Shown: positions 1 through 45,984 of the stretch, piece after piece
Position numbering within the stretch: the stretch's first letter is position 1
Layout: each line of letters begins with the position of its first letter
From: the human T2T-CHM13v2.0 reference genome, Homo sapiens
Length of the DNA stretch: 64,000 nt
Direction: 5' to 3' (one strand)
Assembly: GCF_009914755.1 (NCBI RefSeq)
Contig: NC_060943.1
The notes under the pieces: model-generated
Databases searched by the model: none
What the model was told of the DNA's origin: nothing
Seen by the model: the letters and a program-made list of their open reading frames with translations, nothing else
Program-made: the position numbers and the translations under genes

Positions 1-193
1 AGGCAGGAGGATCCCTTGAACCCAGAAGGTCAAGGCTGCAGTGAGCTATGACTGTGCCACTGCACTCCAGCCTGGGTGACAGAGACCCTGTCTAAAAAAA
101 AAAAAAAGGCAGAGTTTACCCTGGGTGGGCCAGACCTAATCAGATGAGTCTTTATAAGCTCTGGGCTCTTCCTGGAGAATCAGATTCAAAACT

Positions 194-742
194 TGTGACG
201 GTTAATACTGGGTGTCAACTTGATTGGATTGAAGGATACAAAGTATTGATCCTGGGTGTGTCTATCAGGGTGTTGCCAAAGGAAATTAACATTTGAGTCA
301 GTGGACTGGGAAAGGCAGATCCACTCTTAATCTGGGTGGGCACTGTCTAATCAGCTGCCAGCGTGGCTAGAATATAAGCAGGCAGAAAAATGTGAAAAGA
401 GAGACTGGCCTAGCCTCCCAGCCTACATCTTTCTCCTGTGCTGGATGCTTCCTGCCCTTGAACATCAGACTCCAAGTTCTTCAGTTCTGGGACTCGGACT
501 GGCTCTCCTTGCTCCTCAGCCTGCAGACGGCCTATCGTGGGACCTTGTGATCATGTGAGTTAATACCTAATAAACTCCCCTTTATATATATCTATATCTA
601 TCTATATATATAGATCTCTCTCTATATATCTCTATATATGTATATATTTGAGTCAGTGGGTTGGGAAAGGCAGATCCACTCTTAATCTGGGTGGGCACCA
701 TCTAATCAGCTGCCAGCGTGGCTAGAATATAAGCAGGCAGAA

Positions 743-791
<49 letters not shown>

Positions 792-831
792 TCCATTAGT
801 TCTGTCCCTCTAGAGAACCTCGACTAATACA
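194..831 (+). mobile_element. MLT2-type (ERVL) solo LTR inserted in an older MLT1-like LTR (about 108-1215)
   Basis: Termini TGTGACGGTTAATACTG...GACTAATACA; near-perfect 5-bp TSD AAACT/AAGCT; internal TA and TCTA microsatellites. Confidence 0.8.
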
Positions 832-1053
832 AAGCTTAAGAGGGATTCTGCGTGAGGAAATTTTTTTCCTTGTCCTCCAGATAGGAATGCTAGAAGTTTG
901 CCAGAGGGTCATGTGAGAAGGGATATGAGTGGCCTCTAGGAACTGAATGTGATGCCTTCCTGACAGCTAAGAAAGTGAGACTTCAGTCCTACAATCACAA
1001 GAAACTGAATTCTGCCAGCAACCAGGGAGCTTGGAGAAGGACCTCAAGTCTCA

Positions 1054-24300
<23,247 letters not shown>

Positions 24301-24404
24301 GGTTCCAGCTGAGCTGCCGGCAGGAGCAGCAGGGGAAAGAGTGAGTGGGACAGGGCTGTCCCGTCTCCGCAGGCTGGGCAGCTGTGCGGGCTGTCCCGAG
24401 GCCA

Positions 24405-24432
24405 GGACTTTATAAAGGAGGGGGGGCGGACA
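24405..24432 (-). promoter_or_regulatory. Proximal promoter: TATA box (TTTATAAA, 24,409-24,416) with adjacent GC box
   Basis: Palindromic TATA about 110 nt upstream of the ATG; GGGGCGG immediately upstream; CpG-enriched surroundings. Confidence 0.6.
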
Positions 24433-24517
24433 GCCGCTGGCCCAGGGCCCTCCCCGGAACTGGCGGTGCAGCTGGAAGCCAGCAGGAAAGCACAATAAAA
24501 ACACAGAACCAGGGGCG

Positions 24518-24520
<3 letters not shown>

Positions 24521-24563
<43 letters not shown>
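24521..24563. repeat. (CA)21 microsatellite in the ADGRE2 promoter/intron 1
   Basis: Direct reading. Confidence 0.97.
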
Positions 24564-24566
<3 letters not shown>

Positions 24567-24801
24567 TACTCGCTCAGCAAGAATGAAGTGCAACCTGCTT
24601 TAAAAATCCCTCTGCTGGAGTTTCCACCATGTGGCTCTGACCAACCCTCTGGCCTCTGTGTGTTCCAGGCTGGCTGCTGTGCAGGGGAAGGTGTGGCAGC
24701 CGGGCGGGGCGGTCTCGCCTGGGGCCACTTGGCTCTTCCCTGGGCAGGCACGCAGGGGCCTTGTCAGAAATAGCTCTGGGCTCCCACTTTGGTAGGGCTC
24801 A

Positions 24802-26100
<1,299 letters not shown>

Positions 26101-27354
26101 TCTGGTCTTTCTAAGCCAGTTTCCTCCTGTGGGAAACTTATATTTCAGAGGCCCCTGGGCACTTCGTTAATCAACAGAGAATCATGTGATAGGAGGGTTC
26201 TTTCCTTTCTGGATAAATCATATGATTAGCTTGTCTCTTGAGGTACGTAATCATTTTTTAAAATGCTATATATATTTTTAAGAGATCTTACTCTGTCACC
26301 CAGGCTGGAGTGCAGGGTCACCATCACAGCTCACTGCAGCCTCAAACTTCAGGGCTCAAGGGATCCTCCTGCCTCAGCCTCCTGAGGAGCTGGGACTACA
26401 GCTGTGCACCATCACGCCTGGCTAGTTTTCTCCTTAAGTGTTTTTTTTTTTTTTGTAGAGATGAGATCTCGCTATCCTGCCAAGAAAATGCTATTATTTA
26501 TGGAGCACTTAATTTGTACCAGGTCTGGTCCTAAGTGCTTTTTTTTTTTAATCTATTTTAACTCATTTACTCCTTAAAACATCTGCAATGATGTTGTCAT
26601 TCCCATTTGACAGAGGAGGAAACTGAGGCACAAGTGACTCACCCAGCTGAGACTCAGATCCACAGGCCGGCAGCCCAGCCCTGGAGTCCCTGCGATGAGC
26701 CCAGGGGAAAGTCTCCACTGGGCACTAACATGTCTTTAGCGCCTCCGTGACCCTGAGGCTTAGCAGGCATCTGTATCCAGCCAGAATTCAAGGACTTGGT
26801 TTTGTCTTCCTTATATTTATATTTATTTTTAGGTTTCCCTACTATCTGGGGCAATGAGGAGGGTTTTTCAGTGAGGATGCCGAAATCAAGTCTCCTTGTT
26901 ACATGAGTAAATTCAAGATGCAGAAGTGATGAATGCTAAGGAAAATATAGTTCAGTTGTTCAAAGGGGGAGATTGCAGCAATGGGGAAAAAAGTCACTAA
27001 TGACTGAAGTCAGAGAACTATTGTCCTGGGAATAATCAAACATCCCCAGTCCTAGAATTTACCCCTTCCTGTCCCGGGCTCCTGTGGGGGTGGCCTGGGC
27101 TGTGGGGGAGGGGAGTGAACACCAGCAGAAGCTGGAAGGAGAGAGGGCCAGACCAGGTCTGGAGGGATTTTGCCTTTTTTTTCTCAGAAAGCCAGAAACT
27201 CCAGCTAGAACCCCAGGACTCAACGTCCCTTCTCTGCAGATCAGACGGGCAGGTCAGACAGCTGGCGTCTGCAGAATCTCAGGGAGGCAGTGGCACTTCC
27301 TAATGCCAGGGATTGTCCCTACACCCCTTCATGGTGATCATCGACTCTTCTTAA

Positions 27355-31085
<3,731 letters not shown>

Positions 31086-33919
31086 AAGTAAGTAAAATAA
31101 AGCTGATCATGGATAGACCGATGGTCCCAAGAATTACATTGTTTCATGAATTATATAAACCTGAGGCTCTATACAAATATTTAAAAAAGAATTTTAAAAT
31201 GTGTAAAGGTTTTAAGGAGAAGCGATTAGAGGAAGCAAAGGAGAGAGTAGGGTGGGGGAGGGGAACAGCTCAGGGGTGGCTGTGGGGGTGGGGAACTGGT
31301 GGCAGCCAACAAGAAGCCCTGAGCTGGGAACGCTGTGTGACATTTGGTGGCATTTTTATCACCTTCTTGCAGCTCTCAGTGTCTTCCCCATTTTGCAAAA
31401 TCTTCTGAGCGGGGTGGTGCCGATGTCCCGATAAGGATGGGGTCAGGCTTCTGGGGGGCACTGTGAGGACGGGGGTCTCAGAATCCTTCCCTTGACTTTC
31501 GATGGGTGGGGAAGGCCAGGGGAGGAAGGGGGCTTATTCAGGCTGGGTGCCCACCCGGGTCAACCCCTCCGCATGCCTCTGGGCCTCTTCTGTTGTGGGC
31601 TTGTGGGTTCCCGAGAATTAGGGCCATGGATGGCACTGACGGTCCCAGCCAGTACCAGAAAGAAACGATGGGAAAGCATTGATGAGAATCAACCCATCCC
31701 CAGGGCTCTGTCCCTCGGATGGAGGTCTCCCTTTCACTTCTTTCCAGGCATAGAAAACTGTTTGCGGCTCCTCAAAAAGTTACTTGTAGAGTGACCCTGT
31801 GATCCAGCCATTCTGCTCCTGGGTATACACCTGAGAAAACTGAAGGCAGACACTCAAACGGATACTTATGTTTATTTTTAAATTTAATTTAATTTAATTT
31901 TTTTGAGATGGAGTCTCTCTCTGTCACCCAGGCTGGAGTGCAGTGGCGTGATCTTGGCTCACTGCAACCTCCACCTCCTGAGTTCAAGCTACTCTCCTGC
32001 CTCGCCTCCCGAGTAGCCGAGATTACAGGTGTGTGCCACCACCCCTGGCTATTTTTGTGTGTGTGTGTGTGTGTATTTTTAGTAAAGACAGGGTTTCACC
32101 ATGTTGGTCAGGCTGGTCTCAAACTCTTAATCTCAGGTGATTCCCTCGCCTCGGCATCCCAAAGTGCTGGGATTACAGGCGTGAAGCACCGCACCTGGCC
32201 TCATATAGTTACTTTTTGTGTATGGTTATGACGTAGGGTCTAAGTTCTTTCATTATTATTATTATTTTTTGCATGTGTATATCCTATTCTTGGGAAAATT
32301 TAAAGGGGATTATTTCTGTTTCTGGTAACGCGCGCGTTCATCCTGTGCTCCCCTGCCTGTAATTCTCCCACTAGGGTCAGAGTAGGGCTGGAAAAGCGAA
32401 AACCATAACTAGAAGAGACTTCCCCAACAGGATGTTGCCCAACCCTGGCAGGGCTGACGTCCAGCCTCCAGGGTCCTTACCGGCAGTGCAGTCACAGCTG
32501 TGACTAAACCCAGCCACCCACAGCCTGACGCCCCCACACCCTTGACCTTCCCTTTAGCTTCGGGCTTGAGCAGGCCTTTGATACTCAAATAGAGAAAGGA
32601 GACAGCAAGACCCCTGTGCCTTCTCAGAGGGGGCACCCCCTTCCCCGATGCCTTCACGGGTCCTGCCTCTCCGGGACCCAGCTTCCCTCCTGGCCACCCC
32701 ACCACCTCCCCAGCCACACCTCATTTCCACCCATCTAGAGAGGGTGAAACACAAACACTCCTGGCAGCCCTGCCCGAGTGTGTCCTGGGACATGGTGGGG
32801 TGGGGGCTCCCCGACTCCTGGGAAGGGGAAGTCTGGGGTGGCCTGTCCTCCCAGCTCCTCGCCCCACTGGTTCCTCTCCCCATGAGTCATGGGAAAAAGC
32901 AACAAAACCAACCGCAGGGAGATATAATATCTCTTCCTGTATCTGTGACAGCTGTCTTGTTGGTCTGGCCGTCTGTTCTTCCTGTGAGCATCTGAATCCG
33001 TTCAGACCAAGCTCTTCCTCTCCTTGAGCACCCTCTATGGCTCCCACCTTACCCAGTAAAATCCAGTCTTCCCCAAGGCCCACAAGGCTTGGCTGTGTGA
33101 TTTGCCCTGTCACCTCCAGCTCTCTTCCCCTCATTCACTTGGCTCCAGCCACAGCACCTTCCTCACTATTCCCCAAACAAATATACCAGGCCCAGTCCAG
33201 CCTCAGGGCCTTTGCATGTGCTGTTTTCGCCACCTGGAATACCTTTCCCTCAGAATTTTTTTTTATCTTTTAATTATTTTGTTTTTTGAGACAGAGTCTT
33301 GCTCTGTCACCCAGGCTGGAGTGCAGTGACACGATCTCGGTTCAACCTCTGCCCCCGCCCCCTGCCTCCCCGTTTTCAAGCAATTCTCCTGCCTCAGCCC
33401 CCTGAGTAGCTGGGATTACAGGCGCCTGCCACCACGCCTGGCTAATTTTTGTATTTTTAGTAGAGAGGGGGTTTCACCATGTTGGCCAGGCTGGTCCCGA
33501 ACTGCTGATCTCAGGTGATCCACCCGCCTCGGCCTCCCAAAGTGCTGGAATTACAGGCGTGACCACCGTGCCTGGCCGAGACACTGCACCTGGCCTCTTC
33601 TTACTTTTAGAGACAGGGTCTTGCTCTGTTGCCCAGGCTGGAGTGTGGTGTTGCCTTCATGGCTCACTGCAGCCTCCACCTCCTGGGCTCAAGTGATCCT
33701 CCTGCCTCAGCCTCCTGAGTGGCTGGGGTTACAGGCCCGAGCCAGGCCTGTTCTGTTTCTTCTCTGTACTCGAAACCTACAGCAATGCTCTAGGTTTGCT
33801 CAATACACACAGTAGCTGCTCAATAAATGTGCATAAATAATACATGAACGATGAGTTCTAGCTGGGAAATGACAACTGGGAAAAGTGGGATGTGGAGGAT
33901 AATTTAAGAGATGAGAGCT

Positions 33920-34080
33920 GTTTCCGAAACTCCTGGGGGGCCTGAGGCGCCCGGATCGGGGAGAAACGGGGGCGACCATCCACTTCCCCGGCAGTCGCAC
34001 GCACCTCCCCTTGGCGGCCCACAGATGGCGCTGGCTCCACGCGCTGCAGCGGCGGGAAGCCGGAGGTGGGAAAACCCAAG
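33920..34080. promoter_or_regulatory. Small CpG-rich element with ETS cores and a CTCF/YY1-like motif
   Basis: High CpG retention in non-Alu DNA; CACTTCC, CGGGAAG, CCCACAGATGGCGCT. Confidence 0.45.
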
Positions 34081-34879
34081 CTTTAGCCCCCTCCCCTGTC
34101 TGGCTGCTGGGGTCAGTTCCTGGCCCGGATTAGGATGCCAAGCCCGGGCACCCTGCTTGGGGTCCCACCTCCTGGTAGACGGGCTTTTTGGTCAAATGAG
34201 GGGAATCTGAGAAGAGTGGGGGTGGTCCACTCTGTGGTCCTCCCTCTGTCCACGCATGCTCTGATTTCCCCATTCCTAAAACTAGTTCAGCAGCTCCATG
34301 CCTGGGGGAGGGGTGAACGCACTTAACCATGTTCGTGTTCTGCCTTAACTTTATATAGGTTAGAGCTGGGCGCAGCGCTTGGTGTCAGTGGGTCCTGGGT
34401 GCACATTTGTGGAACAGTGAATGGGTGAATCCCTGTTTTACAGATGGGGAAACTGAGGCTCAGGAAGGCGATGCGGCTCACCCAGGTTCATAGAGCCAGA
34501 AAATGGCAAGGCTGGGATCGGAGACACCAGGCCTGCGTGAGTCCAGAGTCAGCTCGTTTTTTTTTTTTGATTGTTTGTTTGCTTGGTTTTTTTTTTTTTT
34601 TTTTTTTTTTGAGACAGGGTCTCTGTCACCCAAGCTGGAGTGCAGTGGCAGGATCTTGGCTCACTGCAACTTCCGCCTCCTGGGTTCAAGCGATCTCCTG
34701 CCTCAGACTCCTGAGTAGCGGGGATTGCAAGCGCGTGCCACCATGCCCAGCTAATTTTTTGCATTTTTGGTAGAGACAGGGTTTTACCATGTTGGCCAGG
34801 CTGGTCTCGAACTCCTGACCTCAAGTGATCTGCCTGCCTCGGCCTCTCATAGTGCTGTTGCCCAACCTCAAAAAACGAA

Positions 34880-34945
34880 AACGGGAAGTTTTTGTCAACA
34901 GGAGCGTGGGAACCGGAAATCCTTGCTTCCGATACCGGAAGTCAG
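34880..34945 (+). promoter_or_regulatory. Cluster of four ETS/GABP-type sites
   Basis: CGGGAAGT (34,882), CCGGAAAT (34,913), CTTCCG (34,926), ACCGGAAGT (34,934). Confidence 0.5.
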
Positions 34946-35248
34946 AGACCACACATTTGCAGGGAGCGAAATTGAGGTCCCAGTGCGGGAGCCTGCAGAA
35001 ATCCAGGAATAGGACTCAGGGATCTAGGGCTGGGATGTTGGTGGTTCTGAGCGCCCAGGAAATAGGAGTTCTATGAGAGTAAGTATGAGAAATTGGAAGA
35101 ATGCAGAGCTTGGAAAGGAATTGGAGGGAGTCAGAGAATGAGGGAGACTACTGTGAGCTGGGAGGGACCAGCCAGAGTGGCGCCAGTGTCCCGTGGTTCA
35201 GGAGTTTTGATAAGAGAATGCAATAAACTAGAATTGCACTAGAGTTAA

Positions 35249-35380
<132 letters not shown>

Positions 35381-35595
35381 TGAGTAGCTGGGCCTACAGG
35401 CGCGTGCCACCATGCACAGCTAATTTTTGTATTTTTAGTAGAGACGGGGTTTCACCATGTTTGCCAGGATGGTCTGGATCTCTTGATCTCGTGATCCGCC
35501 TGCCTTGACCTCCCAAAGTGTTGGGATTACAGGTGTGAGCCACTGCGCCTGGCCCAATTATAGTTATTTTAAATTCCCTATTAGTTTATTTCTAA

Positions 35596-35808
<213 letters not shown>

Positions 35809-36915
35809 TAATTTTTTGGATTTTTAGTAGAGACAGGGTTTTGCCATGTTGGCCAGGCTGGTCTTGAACTCCTGACAGGTGATCTGCCTGCCTCGGCCTC
35901 CCAAAGTGCTGGGATTACAGGTGTAAACCACCGTGGCTGGCCCGTGTTTCATAATTTTTGATTGAATGCTGGACAATTTGTGTAGGGCAGCTGACAATGA
36001 GGTATTATTTATGACTGGAAATGAGCACATCTTTATATTATTTCTCCTAAGCTATTTTTGTGGGAGGTTAAGTCTGTCTGGAATCAGGTTAAGTCTGTCT
36101 GTAATCAGTGAACCCCAGGCTTCAGTTTATTTGAGTGTTACTTTGGTGTCTTGTGTTGGGGTGAGGGCTCTCTTTGCAAGAGGGTTTGTTTGTCTCATAG
36201 TTGTTCTACCTTCAGCTGTGGCTCTTCCCTATGTAGCTGCATTTCAGAGAGAGTCTCTCCACATTCTTTGCACTCCTGCAGAGTTCTAATACTTTCATCA
36301 GTGACCACTCTTGGGGCTATTAAATTCATTAAAAATTTAGATGAATTCTTCTTAGTCACTTGTATTGACACCCAGATAACTTCCTTTTGTGCTCTGCCTT
36401 AGGTTCGCCACTACTCCTTATGGTCTCTCTTTAGACACTCCTGTCTTTCCTTTGGTTTCAGGCTACTTTCTTGTCCCATTACCTCTGTTCTCTAATGGGT
36501 TCAAGAAAATTAATGGTTTTGTAGTTTATTTGGATTTTCTTATTCTTGGGTTTGGAGCCATACTCATTTTCATTTTCTATTTTCTAGGCAGAAGTAGAGA
36601 TCCCCTCCATTTTTTCCTAACGTTTTAATAATTTTATTTTTAATTTTTAGATTTTAAATCCATCACCTTATAGCCATACATATTCACAGTTTTATAAAAC
36701 ATCTATTGACAAAATTAACTTTGTGCAGAGAAAAAAGCATTTGATCTGGATGTCTAGGAATTCATGAGAGTATACCCTTAATGAATTAAGAACTAATTAA
36801 TGCATTTGCTTTCCTGACACTTTTATTTATAATTTTAAAACATAGAAAAAATTCAGAAGATTGATACAATAAACACTCATATATCATCCATAGAGATGGA
36901 ACAATATTATTATAG

Positions 36916-37315
<400 letters not shown>

Positions 37316-37711
37316 TAAATAATTCTTCAACAAATTCTAAGAATAAGAATGTTCTTTATATAACCATGATACTATTATTACACCCAAAGGAATAAATAAT
37401 TTCACAATAACTTTTAATATGTAATGCATAGTCAAATTATCCCGCTTGACTCCAAAATATCTTTTATACTATATATTTGAACTAGAGTTTCCACCAAAAC
37501 TGATATTGAATTTGATTGTTTTTCTGGTTTTGTGTCTTAATCTAGAGTAGCTACTGGCCACTTTTTTCATGATAATGACTTTAGAAGAGTCTAGGTCAAT
37601 TTTCTTGTTGAATGTCTCATGTTCTGGATTTGCCAGTTTGTTTCCTCATCATGTCACTTAACTTCTTCTGTCCCTCATATTTCATGTAGATTGAAGGTTA
37701 GATCTAGAAGA

Positions 37712-37945
37712 ACGGGGCCACCAAACTTTTTCTATAAAGAGTCAGATAGTAATTTTTTTTTTTTTTTTGGTTTTGTGGCCTTATAGTCTCTGTTACAACA
37801 ACTCAACTCTGACATTGTAGGTTGAAAGCAGCTGTCAATAATACATCAGTGAATAAGTGTAGCCATGTTCCAATAAAACCATATTTGTAAAAACAAGCAG
37901 CAGGGTGAATTTGGTCTGCATGTTGTAGTTTGCCAACCTTCAGTC
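37712..37945. mobile_element. MER58-like hAT DNA transposon; similar copies at about 45,118-45,330 and 58,565-59,250
   Basis: caaactttttctataaagagtcagatagtaa...gtagtttgccaacc terminal pattern. Confidence 0.65.
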
Positions 37946-39309
37946 TAAAGACTAGATTAGATTAAGATTAGGCTGATTTGTCAATAATTCTTTATTTGCC
38001 ACAAACATGATTTTGTAACTTCATGTCTTATCAGGAGATATATAATGTCAGGTTGCCCCTGTATTGATAATGTTAAGCCTGAGACTGAGTTCAGATAGTG
38101 ACTATCAGATCTCCACATTGTAAATGTACACTTTGGCACTTGTAATTAATCAGTAATTTGTGAGATGATTCTTTGGCACTGTAGGGATACCCTGTTCTCC
38201 AATATGCAACATTTTTAGTGGTCATTTACTGGATATTGAAAAATCATGATTTTCTAATTCTATCATATCTTCTACATTTATTGGCTGGTATTTTATGTAT
38301 CACTATGAACTCATGGATATTTTTTATTTAATAGGTTATAATAATTTAAAGTCATTTTCCTTGATGTTCCAATCGGTATGAATTTGGTCAGTGGGAGCCC
38401 AGAGGGAATATTATTTTAGGTGGAACTGCTCTGGATTTAGGTATCATGCCGAGGATGAAATAACGTTATCTATAAATACATTTTACAAAATGTGCAGTAG
38501 AAATATATGCCTACTTCCATAGCTCAGTTTATAAAATGGAAGAGTGAAGAGATTCTATTTACAAAGTTCTGATTTTACTCTAGCCAGGAAACATTAAAAA
38601 ATTATCTGTAAGCTCTGTAAAGGCAGGAATTGAATCTTTATTGATCTGTGTGCTGCACTTGGTGAGTAATAAAAATATATTTGTTGAATGAATTAAATTA
38701 GTGACTCTTTAGAAAAGGAGAGTGAAGAACATGGGGCATGCAGGTAGGGAGCTCAGGTGACCTGGTTTTCCTGTAACTGAGATGTTTTTCTGGGATTGGG
38801 GCTTTTTGTACTAAACCAGGAAAGTGCTGGGCAATTGAGATCAGTTGTTTGCTTTACATGAAGGTCCTGGACTGAACAATAATTTCCTCTCTTATGCTAT
38901 TTTAAGAAAGTCTGTTAAGGCTGGTTTTCCTGGTTATATATTTTCAACTTGAGGAAGATCTTTTTAGAAAAGGAGGTTGAAGCAGAGGACTTAATCCAAA
39001 GTATGTGTGAAATTGGGCCATAGCACCTTACCTGCAATGGGAGTTAGCTGAGCATGCTCTACGGATCAGAACACCTAAATTCTACAGCAAATGAGTGTCA
39101 AACATTTCCTGGAAATTTTCTTTTATAATGGTGCCATGAAAAGTTATTTGTAACAAACATGAAAAAGCATTTTTAAGATACTCCTGGCTCAGTGAATGAC
39201 AGTTCAATATTGTCCTCATTTTCCAGGAGACAGGATCATCTGGTTTAGCTGCTCATTATAATTATCCTGTGAAAGAAGATGTACAAATACTACTGTATAA
39301 AGAAGTACA

Positions 39310-41750
<2,441 letters not shown>

Positions 41751-42830
41751 CGAGAGAGAGAGAGAGACAGAGAGAGAGAGAAAGAAGTTAAGTACAACTC
41801 AAGGGATTCTGACTTGAGATGCTGGAATAATGGAGTTTTGCCATGTACATAGATGGGAAGATTGTGAGTGGAGAAGGCTGGGAGTAATTAGGATTAAGAT
41901 TTTGGGCATGTCAGGTTTGAAATGTGTGTTAAGCTTCCAAGTGGAGTTGTCTAAGAGGCAGTTGGGTCTATGAATCTGGAGTCATCTTGTCTGAAGATAC
42001 GCATTTTGGATTCTTTAGCCTCCATATATGATCTTAAGTCTATGAGACAGCATGACATTAACTAGAGAGACACATGGTGAGAGACAGATAGGGAAAAGTG
42101 AGGACAGGTAGGGAAAAGAAGAGGCTAGAAGACGAAATCATGGAATGTTGCAGCACTGAGAACTTGAGAAGATGAGGAGGAGCCAATCTGGGTTTCAGCT
42201 TTAACACCAACCAACTGGTACCTGTTTATATCCCTGGTGATCTACTAGTAGCCACATCTGATGGTCACTCATTTAATTATCCTGACATTTCACTTCCCAA
42301 CATTTCTTCCATGAAACTCTTCTACTCTTTTGACAATTCTCCCACTCTCTCAGCCCCGCCCACCCCCTAACGCTGACCTTTTCTATTTATCCAACTTTAC
42401 TAATTAATGTTTAATATGTGTCTTGTGGCTTACAACACAGACACATGCACATTGGCCTGGGGCTGCAGATTATTCAAGGAAGCATGCTCAGTGCTCATCA
42501 GTAAATGCCTGGAGTGTTGGGTGCATTCTTGTGTCTCACAATTTAGAAGCAGCAGTGATAGAACTGAGTGAATATAGAATGTCAGTGGAAGAGGAGTTGT
42601 TGACAAAGGAACTCATTCCACCTTCTAAGGAGTATAGAAAACTCGTAAGGGTGAAGACAGGAATAAACCTTTTGTCTAAGAAATGACTAGTGGTTTCATG
42701 GAAGAGTGTTGAAAATTGATCGATTCCTTCAAAATAACTAATCATAGACGTTATAGGGAAGGCAATTTTGACTCAGATTTTTCAATCTCTAATGCTGGGA
42801 GCTGTCCAACAATAGAGTTGATTGCACCAT

Positions 42831-43875
<1,045 letters not shown>

Positions 43876-44889
43876 GCATCACTCTCCTCAATTAGAAATG
43901 GAAGGACCAGGCCGGTTGCAGTGGCTCACGCCTGTAATCCTAGCACTTTGGGAGGCTGAGGCAGGCAGATCACAAGGTCAAGTGATCAAGACCATCCTGG
44001 CCAACATGGTGAAACTCTGTCTCTACTAAAAATACAAAAATCAGCTGGGCGTGGTGGCACGTGCGTATAGTCCCAGCTACTCAGGAGGTTGAGGCAGGAG
44101 AATCACTTGAATCCGGGAGGTGGAGGTTGCGGTGAGCTGAGATCGTGCCACTGCACTCCCCACTCCAGCTTGGCAACAGAGTGAGACTCCATCTCAAAAA
44201 AAAAAAAAAAAAAAAAGACAAAGAAATGGAAGGACCGTTTCCACTAATTGAGTGAGTTACATGAAAAGTTGACCATTCATTCAGTCTTTCCTGTTCTACA
44301 TCACTCCCCTGGAAGACGACGGCACTGAATTAGCTTTAACATGTGCGTGATGGTGAATAATGACATAATCTTACAATGGCGACTTCACATAAGGGTGTTA
44401 CTCAAAATCTCTGTGAGACTTAACTACAGAGTAGCTGAAAGTTTTTCTAGCTTCACAGCTTTGTTAATTCTACTTATTTTTTCAAGATTTGCATATACTA
44501 GTTTAGGTTTACCTATTCAACAAGAATTTACCACACTTTCCTTCTATGTCAGAGATTTTGCTACACAGAGGGGGTATGAAGGTCCCACCCATCATGAGAA
44601 TTAATATTTAGATTACTAGGAAAGGATCACTTATTGTTTGAGTTAGCATTCTATGTATAGAACAAAACCCTTCTAATTACACAGTAATAAGAATGCAGTT
44701 TTGCAAAGAATTTCATGTACATTAGAAAATTTTAATGGTATGCTGAGATGCTTAAAAAAAATCTAACTTAGGCTGGGTGCTGTGGCTCATGCTTGTAATC
44801 CCAGAACTTGGGGAGGCTGAAGCAGGCGGATCACGAGGTCAGGAGATTGAGACCATCATGGCTAACACAGTGAAACCCCGTCTCTACTA

Positions 44890-45084
<195 letters not shown>

Positions 45085-45374
45085 TTAGACGAGATGAAGT
45101 GAGAGCAATGTTTTAATTCAGGGGTCAGCAAACCTTCACAGTGAAAAAGGCCAGAGAGTAAATATTTTAGGTAGGTTTTCCAGGTCAGATGATTTCTGTG
45201 GCAGTTACTCATATCTGCTCTTGTAACATGAAAGCAGCCACAGATAATATGTACACAAGTGGGTGTGGCTATATGCCAATAAAATTTTATTTGCAAAAAA
45301 ACAAAAAAAAACAGAAATGGGCAATTTGGGATGCTGGTCATTCTTTGCATTTAAAGCTAGTCTTGATGAAACTG

Positions 45375-45957
45375 TCTTTTATGGGTTGAATTTTCATTCT
45401 CTACAAATTCATATGTTGAAGTCCTTACCGCCAAAACTTCAGAATGTGGTCTCAGCTATTCTGACCTTTGTGAAGCCAATGTTTAGTTTTTTCATTGCAA
45501 ATATCTGAGATGTTCACAATAGTTTGCATTGCTTATGTGATCATATGTTACATTAAAGCCCTCAGTTAGAAATAGGGCTGCGGTGAATGTAATTAGTTAA
45601 GCTAAGATGAGGTCCATAGTGGAGTAGAGTTGGCCTCTAATCTGAATGTTGTCCATATAAGAAGGGGAAATTTGGACACAGACACACCTAGAGGGAGAAC
45701 ATCACCTGAAGATGAAAGCAGAGATTGGGGTGATGCTTCTATATTGTCAAGGAAAGCCAAAGACTGCCAGCAACCGGCAGAAGCTAGGGGTAAGGCATGG
45801 AACAGAATCTTTCTCACAGCCTTCAAGTGGAACCAGCCCTGCCAACAACTTGATTTCAGGCGTCATAGTCTACAGAAATGTGAGACAATCAATTGCTATT
45901 GTTTAACTCACCCAATTTGTGGCACATTGTTACAGATGCCCTAGAAAGTTAATACAC
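45375..45957 (+). mobile_element. MLT1B/C-like MaLR LTR carrying a non-LTR insert of about 105 bp
   Basis: aattcatatgttgaagtcc; aagccaaagactgccagcaaccggcagaagctagg; ends aagttaataca. Confidence 0.7.
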
Positions 45958-45984
45958 CGTCTTCAAAAATTGTCAAAATCAAGA

